Shown here: positions 51,265 to 60,195 of the stretch, piece by piece
Numbering within the stretch: the first letter of the stretch is position 1
How the letters are laid out: every line of letters begins with the position of its first letter
NCBI GenBank assembly: GCA_041178085.1
Contig: JBEGVZ010000085.1
Coordinates: 1 to 64,000 of the forward strand
Direction: 5' to 3'
Length of the DNA stretch: 64,000 nt
DNA from: Pseudomonadota bacterium
GTDB taxonomy: Bacteria; Bdellovibrionota_B; Oligoflexia; Oligoflexales; RGVZ01
Notes under the pieces: model-generated
What the model was told of the DNA's origin: nothing
Seen by the model: only the letters and a program-made list of their open reading frames with translations
Database searches by the model: none
Translations under genes and position numbers: made by a program

Positions 51265-52449
51265 TGATGAATCAAGTGGCTTGAAGTTGCGCTTGTCGTG
51301 ATCGGAATAAAAGCGCGTCGCATTGCCGCTCGTGGTGGTCCTGCTCTCATGGAACGGATAACGGATGAGCGCTTCAAGACCCGGGCGGAACTGGTTCCAG
51401 TAGCCATCCATTTTTGCCGGGTGAGTTGTTTCCAGCTCGAGTGTGATGGTTGGAATGTTTCGTTCATTGCCAGCGTAGTTACCGAGCGAACCTGGGTAGA
51501 AAGAATAGTCAACGATCCGGTAATTTTTGGAGCTTTCGGAAATGGCTCGGACAAGACGTTTGGCCTTGGCTTCACTGTTGGTCAGGGCACGCGGCATCTG
51601 GTCCCCAGGACCGTCATAGTCAAGGAACCCAAGCGGCGCGTGGATTGACAGAATCTTGTCTGGATCGAATTCATCGATCATCTGGATCTGGAAGATGGTT
51701 TCTATCTCGGAGTTGGGGAAATAACCGGGGAAGTGGCTAGGGCTTTTTTGCCGGCGTTCCTCCCACCAGTGCTTGGCCCGAGGATACCAGTCCGCCGTGA
51801 AGAAATTGCGGTTCAGGTCGACGCCCCACTTGTTGGTCCTGGTCGGGATTGAACTAGGCTTGTCCTTGACCCGCAGAAAGCCATCCGGATTCACCAGCGG
51901 GGCGACGACGACGTGGATACCCTGGTTCGCGTAAAGTTCCGGCTTCTCGTGGAGCAGTCGCGCAAAGCGGAAGGCGATCGGAATGGGTGTCAGCTCGTCA
52001 GGATGAACGCCGCCCAGAAGCAGGGTCGTTTCCTCGCCAGAGCCGAACTCAGCGTAAATCAGCGGGCGCCCATCGTGTGAGTTGATGCCGGCTTTCCACG
52101 CAATGCTGCCGCACGGGTTTTGTTCCCAGCCGTATCTTTTGAACACCACGCCAAGGTCCGCGCACAGGCGGGCGATCGAGGTTTTGTCTTTTTGTGGATC
52201 GAACAGGAATGACTTGAGCTGACCTGGGGTAATGATTGGCAAGGGGGCAAAGGCCAGGCCCACTGGAAGTTCAGCAAAGGAGCTTGATTCAAAGCTTGCT
52301 GCGCGCGAAGTTGAGCCAGGAAAAGCCCACGCGGCCAGCAGGCTTGCCGCCAGACTCAGCGCCTTCAGGGCGAGACGTCTTGCGTTCAAGCGGCAGGGCG
52401 AAGTGCTCCTGACCGGTTTTTTCGTAACAGTGGCCGCAGTAGATCGCAT
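51256..52449 (-). CDS. M14 family zinc carboxypeptidase (murein peptide amidase MpaA-like), likely exported
   Basis: GGVHPDE, PLVNPDG, GVDLNRNF, LSIHAP, YPGSLGNY, ITLEL. Confidence 0.88.
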   Translation of the reverse strand: MRSTAATVTKKPVRSTSPCRLNARRLALKALSLAASLLAAWAFPGSTSRAASFESSSFAELPVGLAFAPLPIITPGQLKSFLFDPQKDKTSIARLCADLGVVFKRYGWEQNPCGSIAWKAGINSHDGRPLIYAEFGSGEETTLLLGGVHPDELTPIPIAFRFARLLHEKPELYANQGIHVVVAPLVNPDGFLRVKDKPSSIPTRTNKWGVDLNRNFFTADWYPRAKHWWEERRQKSPSHFPGYFPNSEIETIFQIQMIDEFDPDKILSIHAPLGFLDYDGPGDQMPRALTNSEAKAKRLVRAISESSKNYRIVDYSFYPGSLGNYAGNERNIPTITLELETTHPAKMDGYWNQFRPGLEALIRYPFHESRTTTSGNATRFYSDHDKRNFKPLDSSSI

Positions 52450-53017
52450 GTCGCAACTTTTTCCTTACGTACCAGCGATTTTGGCAGTTTGGACAACTGT
52501 AAATGTATTTCGCCTCGGGCGCCAGCCTCCGATGGACGTGGACCGCCTGGTCGACAGGAAGGCCCGTGGCGCGGAACTCGTTCATTTTGGCATAAAAGCG
52601 CCTCGTGTGTCCCGGGTCGAGCATGCAGTCGTAAAGCCAAATGTGAGTCAGCTCGTGAAACAGAGTGTACGGCAGGAGCCTGGGGTCCTTGGCGAAATAA
52701 TTCAGGTTTAACTTGATCTTGCGCTCGAAAAGATACGCCAGCCCAAGTTTTTGTTTCATCTTGCCGTTGAATTCTATGACAACGCCCGGCAAGAGGCTGC
52801 CCTCTTCGCAGTTCCGGAAAAATGGCATGAAGCGGACGTAGTAGTCGTAGGCAAAGGCCTCGAGTTCGGCCCGCCCGATTTGTCGCGAGGCAGCAGGTGC
52901 GACGTTTAGTAGTGGATGGAACCACTGTGGTTTTACCGTCGGGGCAAAGCCTTCGCCTGCGGCCGCTACGGCGCCGTGGGGCAATTCTAGAGAAAAGTCC
53001 GTGCTGTCGCGGGTCAT
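52289..53017 (-). CDS. SprT-like zinc metalloprotease
   Basis: FNGKMKQKLG, IKLN, HELTH...GH, C-terminal CPNC...CGHC zinc ribbon. Confidence 0.9.
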   Translation of the reverse strand: MTRDSTDFSLELPHGAVAAAGEGFAPTVKPQWFHPLLNVAPAASRQIGRAELEAFAYDYYVRFMPFFRNCEEGSLLPGVVIEFNGKMKQKLGLAYLFERKIKLNLNYFAKDPRLLPYTLFHELTHIWLYDCMLDPGHTRRFYAKMNEFRATGLPVDQAVHVHRRLAPEAKYIYSCPNCQNRWYVRKKLRHAIYCGHCYEKTGQEHFALPLERKTSRPEGAESGGKPAGRVGFSWLNFARSKL

Positions 53018-53026
53018 CCCCGAAGC

Positions 53027-55189
53027 CTAACACGACCCGGAAAAAACAGGCCTGCCAAAATGAAGGCCGTTCCAAACAGGGCGGTTTGCCCGGCCGATTG
53101 GACGAACGTCAATTTTAGTGCCGAACCCCGCCTCTATATCATGAAGAAGGTTGGTGGAAGCTGTGACCAGGCGCAGCATTGGCCATTGCTCCAGCCAGCC
53201 TGAGACCGCCTCGCTGGCGGCTGCTGAGGGGTGGGAACCGGCCGTGACAAGTCCCACACTGAGCTGGGGACCGAATGCAGCAGGCACCGGCCCGTCATGA
53301 ACAGACAGCGCAGCGATTCCGGGGGCTGGAGTCGCTAGTCCACGGCTCAGTAGACCTGACGCATGAAGGGGTGACAGAGCCTCCCGCCAAAAGCGCCACC
53401 AGGAAGTTTCCATGAGTCGGGCGCAAACTTGTTCGACTTCTGATTTACCTGTTCCCTGCGGCACAACGATTCCAAGCATGCGGCTGGCCATGCACCCGTC
53501 TTGCATCAGGGCGCAGGTATCGGCAAGGATCTGGTCCATCAGGTCAGGAAGTTCCGCCCACGTCACGATGCTTGCGGTAAGGGCTCCCCCGTGACCGGCG
53601 ACATGAAGCGATGGCCCGGCAGCCCTTCGGATTTCCTCTACCGTCTGGTCGTCGCCGAAAACAAGCAGGGCGGCAAATCCGGGCAGGCCTTCTGCACCGA
53701 TGCGGAAGCTTGAATCCACGGTGTCGATCTGCCAGCCAGCAGTCGCCAGGCGGCGAAGGAGCCTTCGCGTGAAAGAATCTTGTCGTTCCTGCCCCTTTGG
53801 CAGGCGCACGGTCGGCTCCAAGCCTGCCGCAAGAGCCAGCGTGAGGGGCATCGGCAGGGCCATGGGATGCGTGTTTGGGGGGATGAGCAGCAGGCGAGGC
53901 GGCTGGCCTTGAACGCTGGCATGACGTGAGATGTCGAGCGCGCCCGACCTGTGGACGGCAGCCGCCAATATGTCCGGGGTCAGCGTTTTGAGTCCCCCGA
54001 GGGCGTCTTCCAAGGCGAGCTGGGCTGCCCGCGTCGAGCCAATTTCCCGCGACAGTGATTCAATTGCCTCGGGTGACTCCAGAAAGCTGACCAGTGCTCC
54101 GACAATTCCGTGAGACCGGATCCTCACCGGACGCCGGGTTAGAGTGTGATATTCCAAATGGCTTTGCGGCTGCGGCGGGGCGACGATTTTCGCTCTGACT
54201 TCTTCCGCCATCAGGGAACACCCTTTCAAGGGAGCCATTCTGGCGCGCCCAAGAAGAGAAAAAGTTCCGTTATTATAGATCGTTACAACGTCTTCTGTGA
54301 TGACCGGCGCAGGCAGGTCAATCCGGTTCAGGTCGACAATTCCAAGCAGGCCCGTTCCGGTGAGGCCGCCTTCGTAGCAAAGCCCTCCGGCGTCCCGGCG
54401 GACATTATTGACGACGAAAGGTATCGCGCCCCTTTGAAAGGTGAGCCGACGTTCATCGCCGGAAAAGGCGGTGTAGGCCGCCGAAGCCAACTCACTCATG
54501 CCGTATTCGGAGATAACGGACTTCTCCGGAATACCAAAGCCGCGGGCAAGGGCTTCCACCAGCCACGCCTCGCTAACGTCTCGAGTTTTGCCTTTGGTGC
54601 CGCCAGTGAAGATCACGAAACTACCCTTAGGCAGGCGCGGCAGCCGGCCCCGGTCAAGCAGGGGGATCAGGTGGAACGCCGTGCCGAAGACCCAAAGTGG
54701 CCTCTCCCCCAGGACTTTCATGGCAAGGGCAAGGCCGGCGTCCTCTTCTGGCCGGCAGTAGGCGACCTGTGTTTTTTCGCCCAACCAGTGGACCATTGCC
54801 GCAAGGCTGCTCGTTGGCCATTCTTGCGGCGGAGGGACCAGGCTGATGCCGGGCAGCTTCTGGCCGGCTCCCTCAGGCAGGTCGCCAAGCCGTTCCAGGG
54901 CCGAAAAAAAACCCGAGGCGATGGCTTCGCGATAGGCTGCAAGCCCCCCATCACTGAAACGCGATTTTGAACGACCCTGGGCGCTGGTACCGCTGGATTC
55001 AAAGACCTTTGCAGAAGCCACTGGGCCAAGGTCCAAAACCCTGAAACCATTTATCTTTATGCCCCACAACAGACCTTCAAGTCCGGTCACCGTCAGACGC
55101 GGCAAATCGTCGTGGATGGCCACCGTCCCCTTGGCACCATGGCGGACAAGGAATTCTGCGGGCAGATAAGGTTTGTCGTAGGTTGGCAT
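53027..55189 (-). CDS. Fused acyl-protein synthetase (LuxE-like) and acyl-CoA reductase (LuxC-like)
   Basis: N half: FESSGTS, FGTAF, FTGGTKG, SEYGMSELAS, ITEDV, LLGR...KGCS. C half: LLVFGDDQTVEEIR, GHG, D...QDGCMAS. Start trimmed to MPTYDK. Confidence 0.8.
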   Translation of the reverse strand: MPTYDKPYLPAEFLVRHGAKGTVAIHDDLPRLTVTGLEGLLWGIKINGFRVLDLGPVASAKVFESSGTSAQGRSKSRFSDGGLAAYREAIASGFFSALERLGDLPEGAGQKLPGISLVPPPQEWPTSSLAAMVHWLGEKTQVAYCRPEEDAGLALAMKVLGERPLWVFGTAFHLIPLLDRGRLPRLPKGSFVIFTGGTKGKTRDVSEAWLVEALARGFGIPEKSVISEYGMSELASAAYTAFSGDERRLTFQRGAIPFVVNNVRRDAGGLCYEGGLTGTGLLGIVDLNRIDLPAPVITEDVVTIYNNGTFSLLGRARMAPLKGCSLMAEEVRAKIVAPPQPQSHLEYHTLTRRPVRIRSHGIVGALVSFLESPEAIESLSREIGSTRAAQLALEDALGGLKTLTPDILAAAVHRSGALDISRHASVQGQPPRLLLIPPNTHPMALPMPLTLALAAGLEPTVRLPKGQERQDSFTRRLLRRLATAGWQIDTVDSSFRIGAEGLPGFAALLVFGDDQTVEEIRRAAGPSLHVAGHGGALTASIVTWAELPDLMDQILADTCALMQDGCMASRMLGIVVPQGTGKSEVEQVCARLMETSWWRFWREALSPLHASGLLSRGLATPAPGIAALSVHDGPVPAAFGPQLSVGLVTAGSHPSAAASEAVSGWLEQWPMLRLVTASTNLLHDIEAGFGTKIDVRPIGRANRPVWNGLHFGRPVFSGSC

Positions 55190-55214
55190 AGGGGTTATAA
55201 AAGTTGGATTACCT

Positions 55215-56114
55215 ATGAGCAGCGAATACTTTGTAAAACTTGACCATTTCGAAGGTCCGCTTGACCTTCTGCTGCACCTTATCCGTGTGCATGAAATCGA
55301 TATTTTCGACATCGACATCTTCAAGTTGTCGACGGAATACCTTAATTACCTCAGGCTGCTCAACTTCGACGACCTTGGCGACGCCGGCGCTTTTATTGAG
55401 ATGGCGGCAACTCTGATCGAAATCAAGTCCCGGATGCTTCTACCCCAGGACGAGCGCAAGGTCACCAACGAGGACGGCGAAGAAGAAGATCCCGTCCAGG
55501 CCCTGCAGCAACGCCTGATCCAGTACGAGGCCATTCGCAAGGCGGCAGCTGCGCTTGCCCTGCGCCCCCAGGTGGGCGTTGAAATCCAGACCAACTGGGA
55601 ATGGCGCCGCCTGGAAGAAGTGTTCAAGGATGTGGAGGCACCCCTCAAGGGCGACGCCGCGATGCTCGTTGTCCTTTACGAGCAAATGCTCCAGTCGCTC
55701 GGTGATCGCAAGGTGACGCGCGTTCAGGCGCAGCGCCACATGGTCAGCCTTGAAGAGACGATCGAAAAAATGGCGAAGGAAGTGGAAGTTCTTCGCTTTG
55801 CGTTGTTCCAAGGTTTCTACAACCGCTTCCAGTCGCGTTATGAGCTGGTGGTCCATATCCTTGCCGTTCTTGAACTTGCTCGTCAGTTCAAGATGAAGTT
55901 TTACCAGCAGGATTTGATGGGCCCTCTGTGGATTTATCAAACCGATTGCAACGAAGCCGACTTGCCGTTTCACGAGCAGAACGTGCAGCAAACAGGGCGC
56001 GGCTTTGCCGTGCCGTTGATGGAAGATGAATCACGCGCAAGCGAACAAGGGACCGACATCGATCTGACGGTGCTTCCGGCGATTGATGTGCCAGGCGGGG
56101 AGGTCAGCCAGTGA
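55215..56114 (+). CDS. scpA: Segregation and condensation protein A (kleisin)
   Basis: FEGPLDLLLHLI, FIEMAATLIEIKSRMLLP, LAVLEL. Confidence 0.96.
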   Translation: MSSEYFVKLDHFEGPLDLLLHLIRVHEIDIFDIDIFKLSTEYLNYLRLLNFDDLGDAGAFIEMAATLIEIKSRMLLPQDERKVTNEDGEEEDPVQALQQRLIQYEAIRKAAAALALRPQVGVEIQTNWEWRRLEEVFKDVEAPLKGDAAMLVVLYEQMLQSLGDRKVTRVQAQRHMVSLEETIEKMAKEVEVLRFALFQGFYNRFQSRYELVVHILAVLELARQFKMKFYQQDLMGPLWIYQTDCNEADLPFHEQNVQQTGRGFAVPLMEDESRASEQGTDIDLTVLPAIDVPGGEVSQ

Positions 56115-57022
56115 ACGAAATAGAACACACAATTGAGCCGTCGCAAGCGGAAGAAACTCCCGTGGAATCGACGAAGGTAGATGGACCTGCGATCGAAACC
56201 GCGGCCTCTGCCGAGGATAACCTTGAGCAAAGCAGCCTTCCCCTTGCCGAGGGCCTGCGTCTGGACGCCAAGATCGAGGCCGTGATCTTTGCTTCGCAAA
56301 AGCCAGTCAAGACGATGGAGATTTTTGAACTGGTGAAAAACCCTGTCGTTGCGCCAGATGACGGTGGCGACGGCGAGGAAAACAGCTCCGAAACGGAATC
56401 TTTTTTTGCTGAACTGGAGAAAGCTCCAGAAGTGACGCTAAAGGACGTTCAAGAGTGCCTGACCCAGTTGACGGAATATTACCGGGACAGGGCCGGTGGA
56501 TTCACCCTGCGCTACACCAAGGGCCTTGGCTATCAGTTTCAGACGGTTCCAGCGGCAGCACCTGTTCTGGAACGGCAGTTTGCCCAACGCCCTCGTCCGA
56601 TCAGCCGCGCAGCCCTTGAGACTCTTGCCATCATCGCTTATCGCCAACCCGTCACCCGCGCCGAAGTGGAATACATCCGCGGAGTTGACGCGGGCAGCAT
56701 CATCAAAAACCTGCTTGAGCGGGATCTCATCGCCTGCACGGGCCGCAAGGAAATCGCTGGCCGTCCGATGGTATTTGGTACCACTGCGGAGTTTTTGAAG
56801 GTATTTCAACTCTCCAGCCCGAAGGACTTGCCGCCGCTTGAGTCCTTCCAGCCGTCCCATGAGGCGCTGACCAAGGCACTCGAAAAACTCGAGCAGGGCG
56901 AACAACAAGTGGACGTCGAGGGCTTCATCGGTGACGAAGCAAGTGGAGAAAATCCGGATCCAGAAATGGCTCTCCCAGTTGGAGATATGCTCCCGCCGGG
57001 AAGCGGAGAAGTGGATCTCTGA
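56111..57022 (+). CDS. scpB: SMC-Scp complex subunit ScpB
   Basis: IEAVIFAS, GYQFQT, SRAALETLAIIAYRQPVTRAEVEYIRGV, FGTTAEFL. Confidence 0.97.
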   Translation: MNEIEHTIEPSQAEETPVESTKVDGPAIETAASAEDNLEQSSLPLAEGLRLDAKIEAVIFASQKPVKTMEIFELVKNPVVAPDDGGDGEENSSETESFFAELEKAPEVTLKDVQECLTQLTEYYRDRAGGFTLRYTKGLGYQFQTVPAAAPVLERQFAQRPRPISRAALETLAIIAYRQPVTRAEVEYIRGVDAGSIIKNLLERDLIACTGRKEIAGRPMVFGTTAEFLKVFQLSSPKDLPPLESFQPSHEALTKALEKLEQGEQQVDVEGFIGDEASGENPDPEMALPVGDMLPPGSGEVDL

Positions 57023-57743
57023 GGGGCGGGTTGAGGTCAACGGCCGTACGGTCAGGGATCTAGCCACGCGGGTTGACCCGGCAACGGACAAACTGGTTGT
57101 CGATGGCAAACCGGTGAAGACGGCGGCAGCCTCCGCACGCGTTTCGACAGCGCCTCTTGTTTACTGGCTGTTTCATAAACCGGCGGGCTATTCCCTGGAA
57201 AAAAAACCAGGTGTACCTGATATCTTCGCGTTGCCACGCCTGAAGAAGCTCAAGTTCAAGGTTTCGCCAGCAACGGCCCTGCCAAAAAACGCAGAGGGGC
57301 TTTGCTTGCTCTCAAACGACCTCGAATTCGTTCGTGGCTTTCGTTTGTGCGAAGACAGCGAACAGGTTGTCCTGCTCATGATTGATCGCCGCCTTGAAGA
57401 CGAAGAGATGCGCGCTTTTGCGGATGAAAAAGAGGCCGGCAGCAAACGCCCTGCGCTCAAAGTCGAATACCGGCACAAGGCAAAACTGGGCGCCACCACA
57501 GGTTACTGGTATTTCATCCAGGGAAAAGTTCCGGGATTGCGCAAGCGGATCGACAAAACTCTCCTGACGCTCAAGGCAAAGACCCACAAATACGTTCAGC
57601 TTTCGCTTGCCGGAATGGAGCTGCCTGAAACTCTCAAGCCAGGTGAGTACATTCAACTTGCTGGATCCGAGATCCGTCGCCTCAAGCGGCAGATCAGAAA
57701 AAATCAGGAAAGCCCGGAAGAAAAAAGCACCAAGAGGACCTGA
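56931..57743 (+). CDS. S4-domain RsuA/RluB-family pseudouridine-synthase-like protein, catalytic Asp apparently absent
   Basis: RIQKWLSQLEICSRREAEKWISEGRVEVNG (S4), FHKPAG, EGLCLLSND, LKPGEY; PATALP where PVGRLD is expected. Confidence 0.85.
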   Translation: MTKQVEKIRIQKWLSQLEICSRREAEKWISEGRVEVNGRTVRDLATRVDPATDKLVVDGKPVKTAAASARVSTAPLVYWLFHKPAGYSLEKKPGVPDIFALPRLKKLKFKVSPATALPKNAEGLCLLSNDLEFVRGFRLCEDSEQVVLLMIDRRLEDEEMRAFADEKEAGSKRPALKVEYRHKAKLGATTGYWYFIQGKVPGLRKRIDKTLLTLKAKTHKYVQLSLAGMELPETLKPGEYIQLAGSEIRRLKRQIRKNQESPEEKSTKRT

Positions 57744-57746
57744 GCC

Positions 57747-58724
57747 ATGAAACTTGCGACCCTGAAAGACGGAACCCGCGACGGCCAGCTGGTCGTCGTC
57801 AGCCGCGACAACCTTCGCTGCATGCCGGTAACTTCTGTGTGCAAGTCCCTGCAGGCCGCCCTTGATGACTGGGACGCGAAGGCGCCAGAACTTGAAAAGA
57901 TCTACCGTCATCTCAACGACGACGGCAAGGCGGGCCAGGCTTTCGATGCTACGAAAGCGCTTTCTCCCCTTCCGCGCGCCTACGAATGGATCGATGGCTC
58001 TGCCTACATCAACCATGTGGTCCTTGTTCGCAAGGCGCGGGGTGCGGAACCTCCCGAGACGCTACGGACGGATCCACTGGTTTATCAGGGCGGATCGGGA
58101 ACTTTCCTGGCACCAAATCAAGATATTCCGCTGGCAGATGCAGCCTGGGGTCTCGATTTTGAATCAGAAGTTTGTGTGGTTCTGGGCGACACCCCTCAGG
58201 GAACCAAAGCTTCAGAGGCTGGCAAGTACGTGCGGTTGCTGATGATTTGTAACGACGTCTCACTGCGCAACCTGATCCCTGGGGAACTGGCCAAGGGATT
58301 TGGCTTTTTTACCAGCAAGCCGTCTTCAGCTTTTGCGCCGATTGCAGTCACGCCAGATGAAATTGGGCCGGCGTGGAAAGATGGCCGGATCCACCTGCCT
58401 CTTAACACGTGGCTCAACGGGAACCTTTTCGGAAACCCGGAGGCGGGTCCCGAGATGCACTTTTCTTTTTTTGATTTGATCCAACACATCACCAAGACGC
58501 GTGCCTACACGGCCGGGACGATCCTCGGTTCAGGAACAGTGTCCAATGAAGATCGCTCGAAGGGATCTTCATGCCTGGCCGAGCGCAGAATGATTGAGCA
58601 AATTGATTCCGGAAAGGCAACGACGCCCTTCATGAAGTCAGGTGACCGGGTCGAGATCGAAATGTTTGACGCAAAGGGTCAGTCTGTTTTCGGGAGGATC
58701 TCCCAGAAAGTAAGTGCAAAATGA
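57747..58724 (+). CDS. Fumarylacetoacetate hydrolase family protein
   Basis: MKLATLKDGTRDGQLVVVSRD, DFESEV, NDVSLRNLIP, GSGTVSN. Confidence 0.93.
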   Translation: MKLATLKDGTRDGQLVVVSRDNLRCMPVTSVCKSLQAALDDWDAKAPELEKIYRHLNDDGKAGQAFDATKALSPLPRAYEWIDGSAYINHVVLVRKARGAEPPETLRTDPLVYQGGSGTFLAPNQDIPLADAAWGLDFESEVCVVLGDTPQGTKASEAGKYVRLLMICNDVSLRNLIPGELAKGFGFFTSKPSSAFAPIAVTPDEIGPAWKDGRIHLPLNTWLNGNLFGNPEAGPEMHFSFFDLIQHITKTRAYTAGTILGSGTVSNEDRSKGSSCLAERRMIEQIDSGKATTPFMKSGDRVEIEMFDAKGQSVFGRISQKVSAK

Positions 58725-59398
58725 AGACAAGGTCCTGGTCATTTTTGGTGGCAGTCTTCATGTCCGTTCTGCCTACACTGGAAAGTGCAGAGGCAGCGCG
58801 AATCATCGCCGTTGAAAAGGCGCGCGTTGAAGCACCGGCAGCAGAATCCGCGGCTGACGCCTCCAGCTCTGGCACCAGCGCTTTCATGGAAAAGGTTGGC
58901 GACGCCGTCGAGCCGCTGCGGCAATTTGAATACTCGGCCTTGGTCGGCTTTGGTGATAGCGGCTTGCACGGCGGGATCACAGTTGGTTACCCCATGGGTC
59001 CTTACGTGCTAATTGATAGCAGTGGCTTTTATGCGCGGCAGACAGACCCTGCCCGCGGCCGCAATAATCGTTACGGCATCGGCGCCGACTTGACACTTCG
59101 TCTGGCCAACCGGACGGGACTTGTCGTTCCAGTCGGAGGGACAGGTGTCGGCTTTGAGCGTTGGGACCAATACCTGACAGAGGGTGTCGAGGAGTCGGTT
59201 ACGGGCCACGACGACAGTTCGACGGTCTCCCATTTCGCAGGACTGCACATCAAGTTGAATGATCACATGCAGCTACGGTGGATGACTCGTTGGCTGACAT
59301 GGCTGGACAATCCGCCGCGTGACCTGGCGACCCGTTTTGCCACCCGCCTTCCCCGCCATGAACGGCGGATGGAAGTGGGAGTCGGCGTGATCTTCTAG
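58721..59398 (+). CDS. Outer-membrane beta-barrel protein
   Basis: Signal peptide; alternating strands; C-terminal VGVGVIF ending in Phe. Confidence 0.7.
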   Translation: MKTRSWSFLVAVFMSVLPTLESAEAARIIAVEKARVEAPAAESAADASSSGTSAFMEKVGDAVEPLRQFEYSALVGFGDSGLHGGITVGYPMGPYVLIDSSGFYARQTDPARGRNNRYGIGADLTLRLANRTGLVVPVGGTGVGFERWDQYLTEGVEESVTGHDDSSTVSHFAGLHIKLNDHMQLRWMTRWLTWLDNPPRDLATRFATRLPRHERRMEVGVGVIF

Positions 59399-59424
59399 GC
59401 TAGATAATTCAAGCAAGACACAGC

Positions 59425-60195
59425 TTAGTCTCTTCTGTGAACCTTGTGCACGCCCGCCTGATCTACCGGCATCAGAACAACCTGGTCGATGTTGACATGG
59501 GCGGGACGAGAGGCGGCAAACCAGATGCACTCGGCGATGTCGTTTGCAGTGAGAGGCGTCATGCCGCGGTACACCGCAGACGCTTTTTCTGCGTCCCCGC
59601 CAAAACGAACGCGGCTGAAATCTGTTTCCACCATGCCGGGATCGATAGATGTCACGCGGATCGGCGTGCCGTTTAGCTCAAGGCGCAAGGTTTTGGTGAC
59701 AGCGTTCAATGCGTGCTTGGAGGCCGTATAGATGCTGCCGCCTTCGTAAACCCAAAATCCGGCAACGGATCCCATGTTGATGACGTGCCCGTAGTTTTTT
59801 TCGATCATGCCTGGGATAAATGCCCTGAGGACGGAAACAGCGCCCTTCACATTCGTATCGATCATTTGATCGATCTCGTCATCGCTGACCTGGGCAAGGC
59901 GCGCTGTTCCGATGGCAAGGCCAGCGTTATTCACCAGTGCATCGACCCCATGATCAAAGGCATCGCGCACCTCGGTTGCAAACCGGGCGACGGATTCCCT
60001 CTTTGTGACATCAAGGTGGCCTGTGAAAACATTTGGTGCGCCAAGGGACTTCAGTTTGGGCGTCATTTCCGCAAGGAGATCGGTGCGTCGTGCACCGAGC
60101 GCAAGTGCCCAGCCATTGCGGGCAAAAATCTCCGCGGTGGCGGCACCGATTCCGGAGCTGGCCCCGGTGATGCAGGCAACGCGGAGGGTCGTCAT
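59425..60195 (-). CDS. SDR family oxidoreductase (YdfG-like)
   Basis: TGASSGIG, NNAG, YTASK, DPGMVETDFS, PAHVNI. Confidence 0.93.
   Translation of the reverse strand: MTTLRVACITGASSGIGAATAEIFARNGWALALGARRTDLLAEMTPKLKSLGAPNVFTGHLDVTKRESVARFATEVRDAFDHGVDALVNNAGLAIGTARLAQVSDDEIDQMIDTNVKGAVSVLRAFIPGMIEKNYGHVINMGSVAGFWVYEGGSIYTASKHALNAVTKTLRLELNGTPIRVTSIDPGMVETDFSRVRFGGDAEKASAVYRGMTPLTANDIAECIWFAASRPAHVNIDQVVLMPVDQAGVHKVHRRD

Noticed and set aside
53027..55189. Bioluminescence operon
   Set aside because: No luxA, luxB, luxD or luxG in the window; LuxC/LuxE homologues occur in non-luminous bacteria
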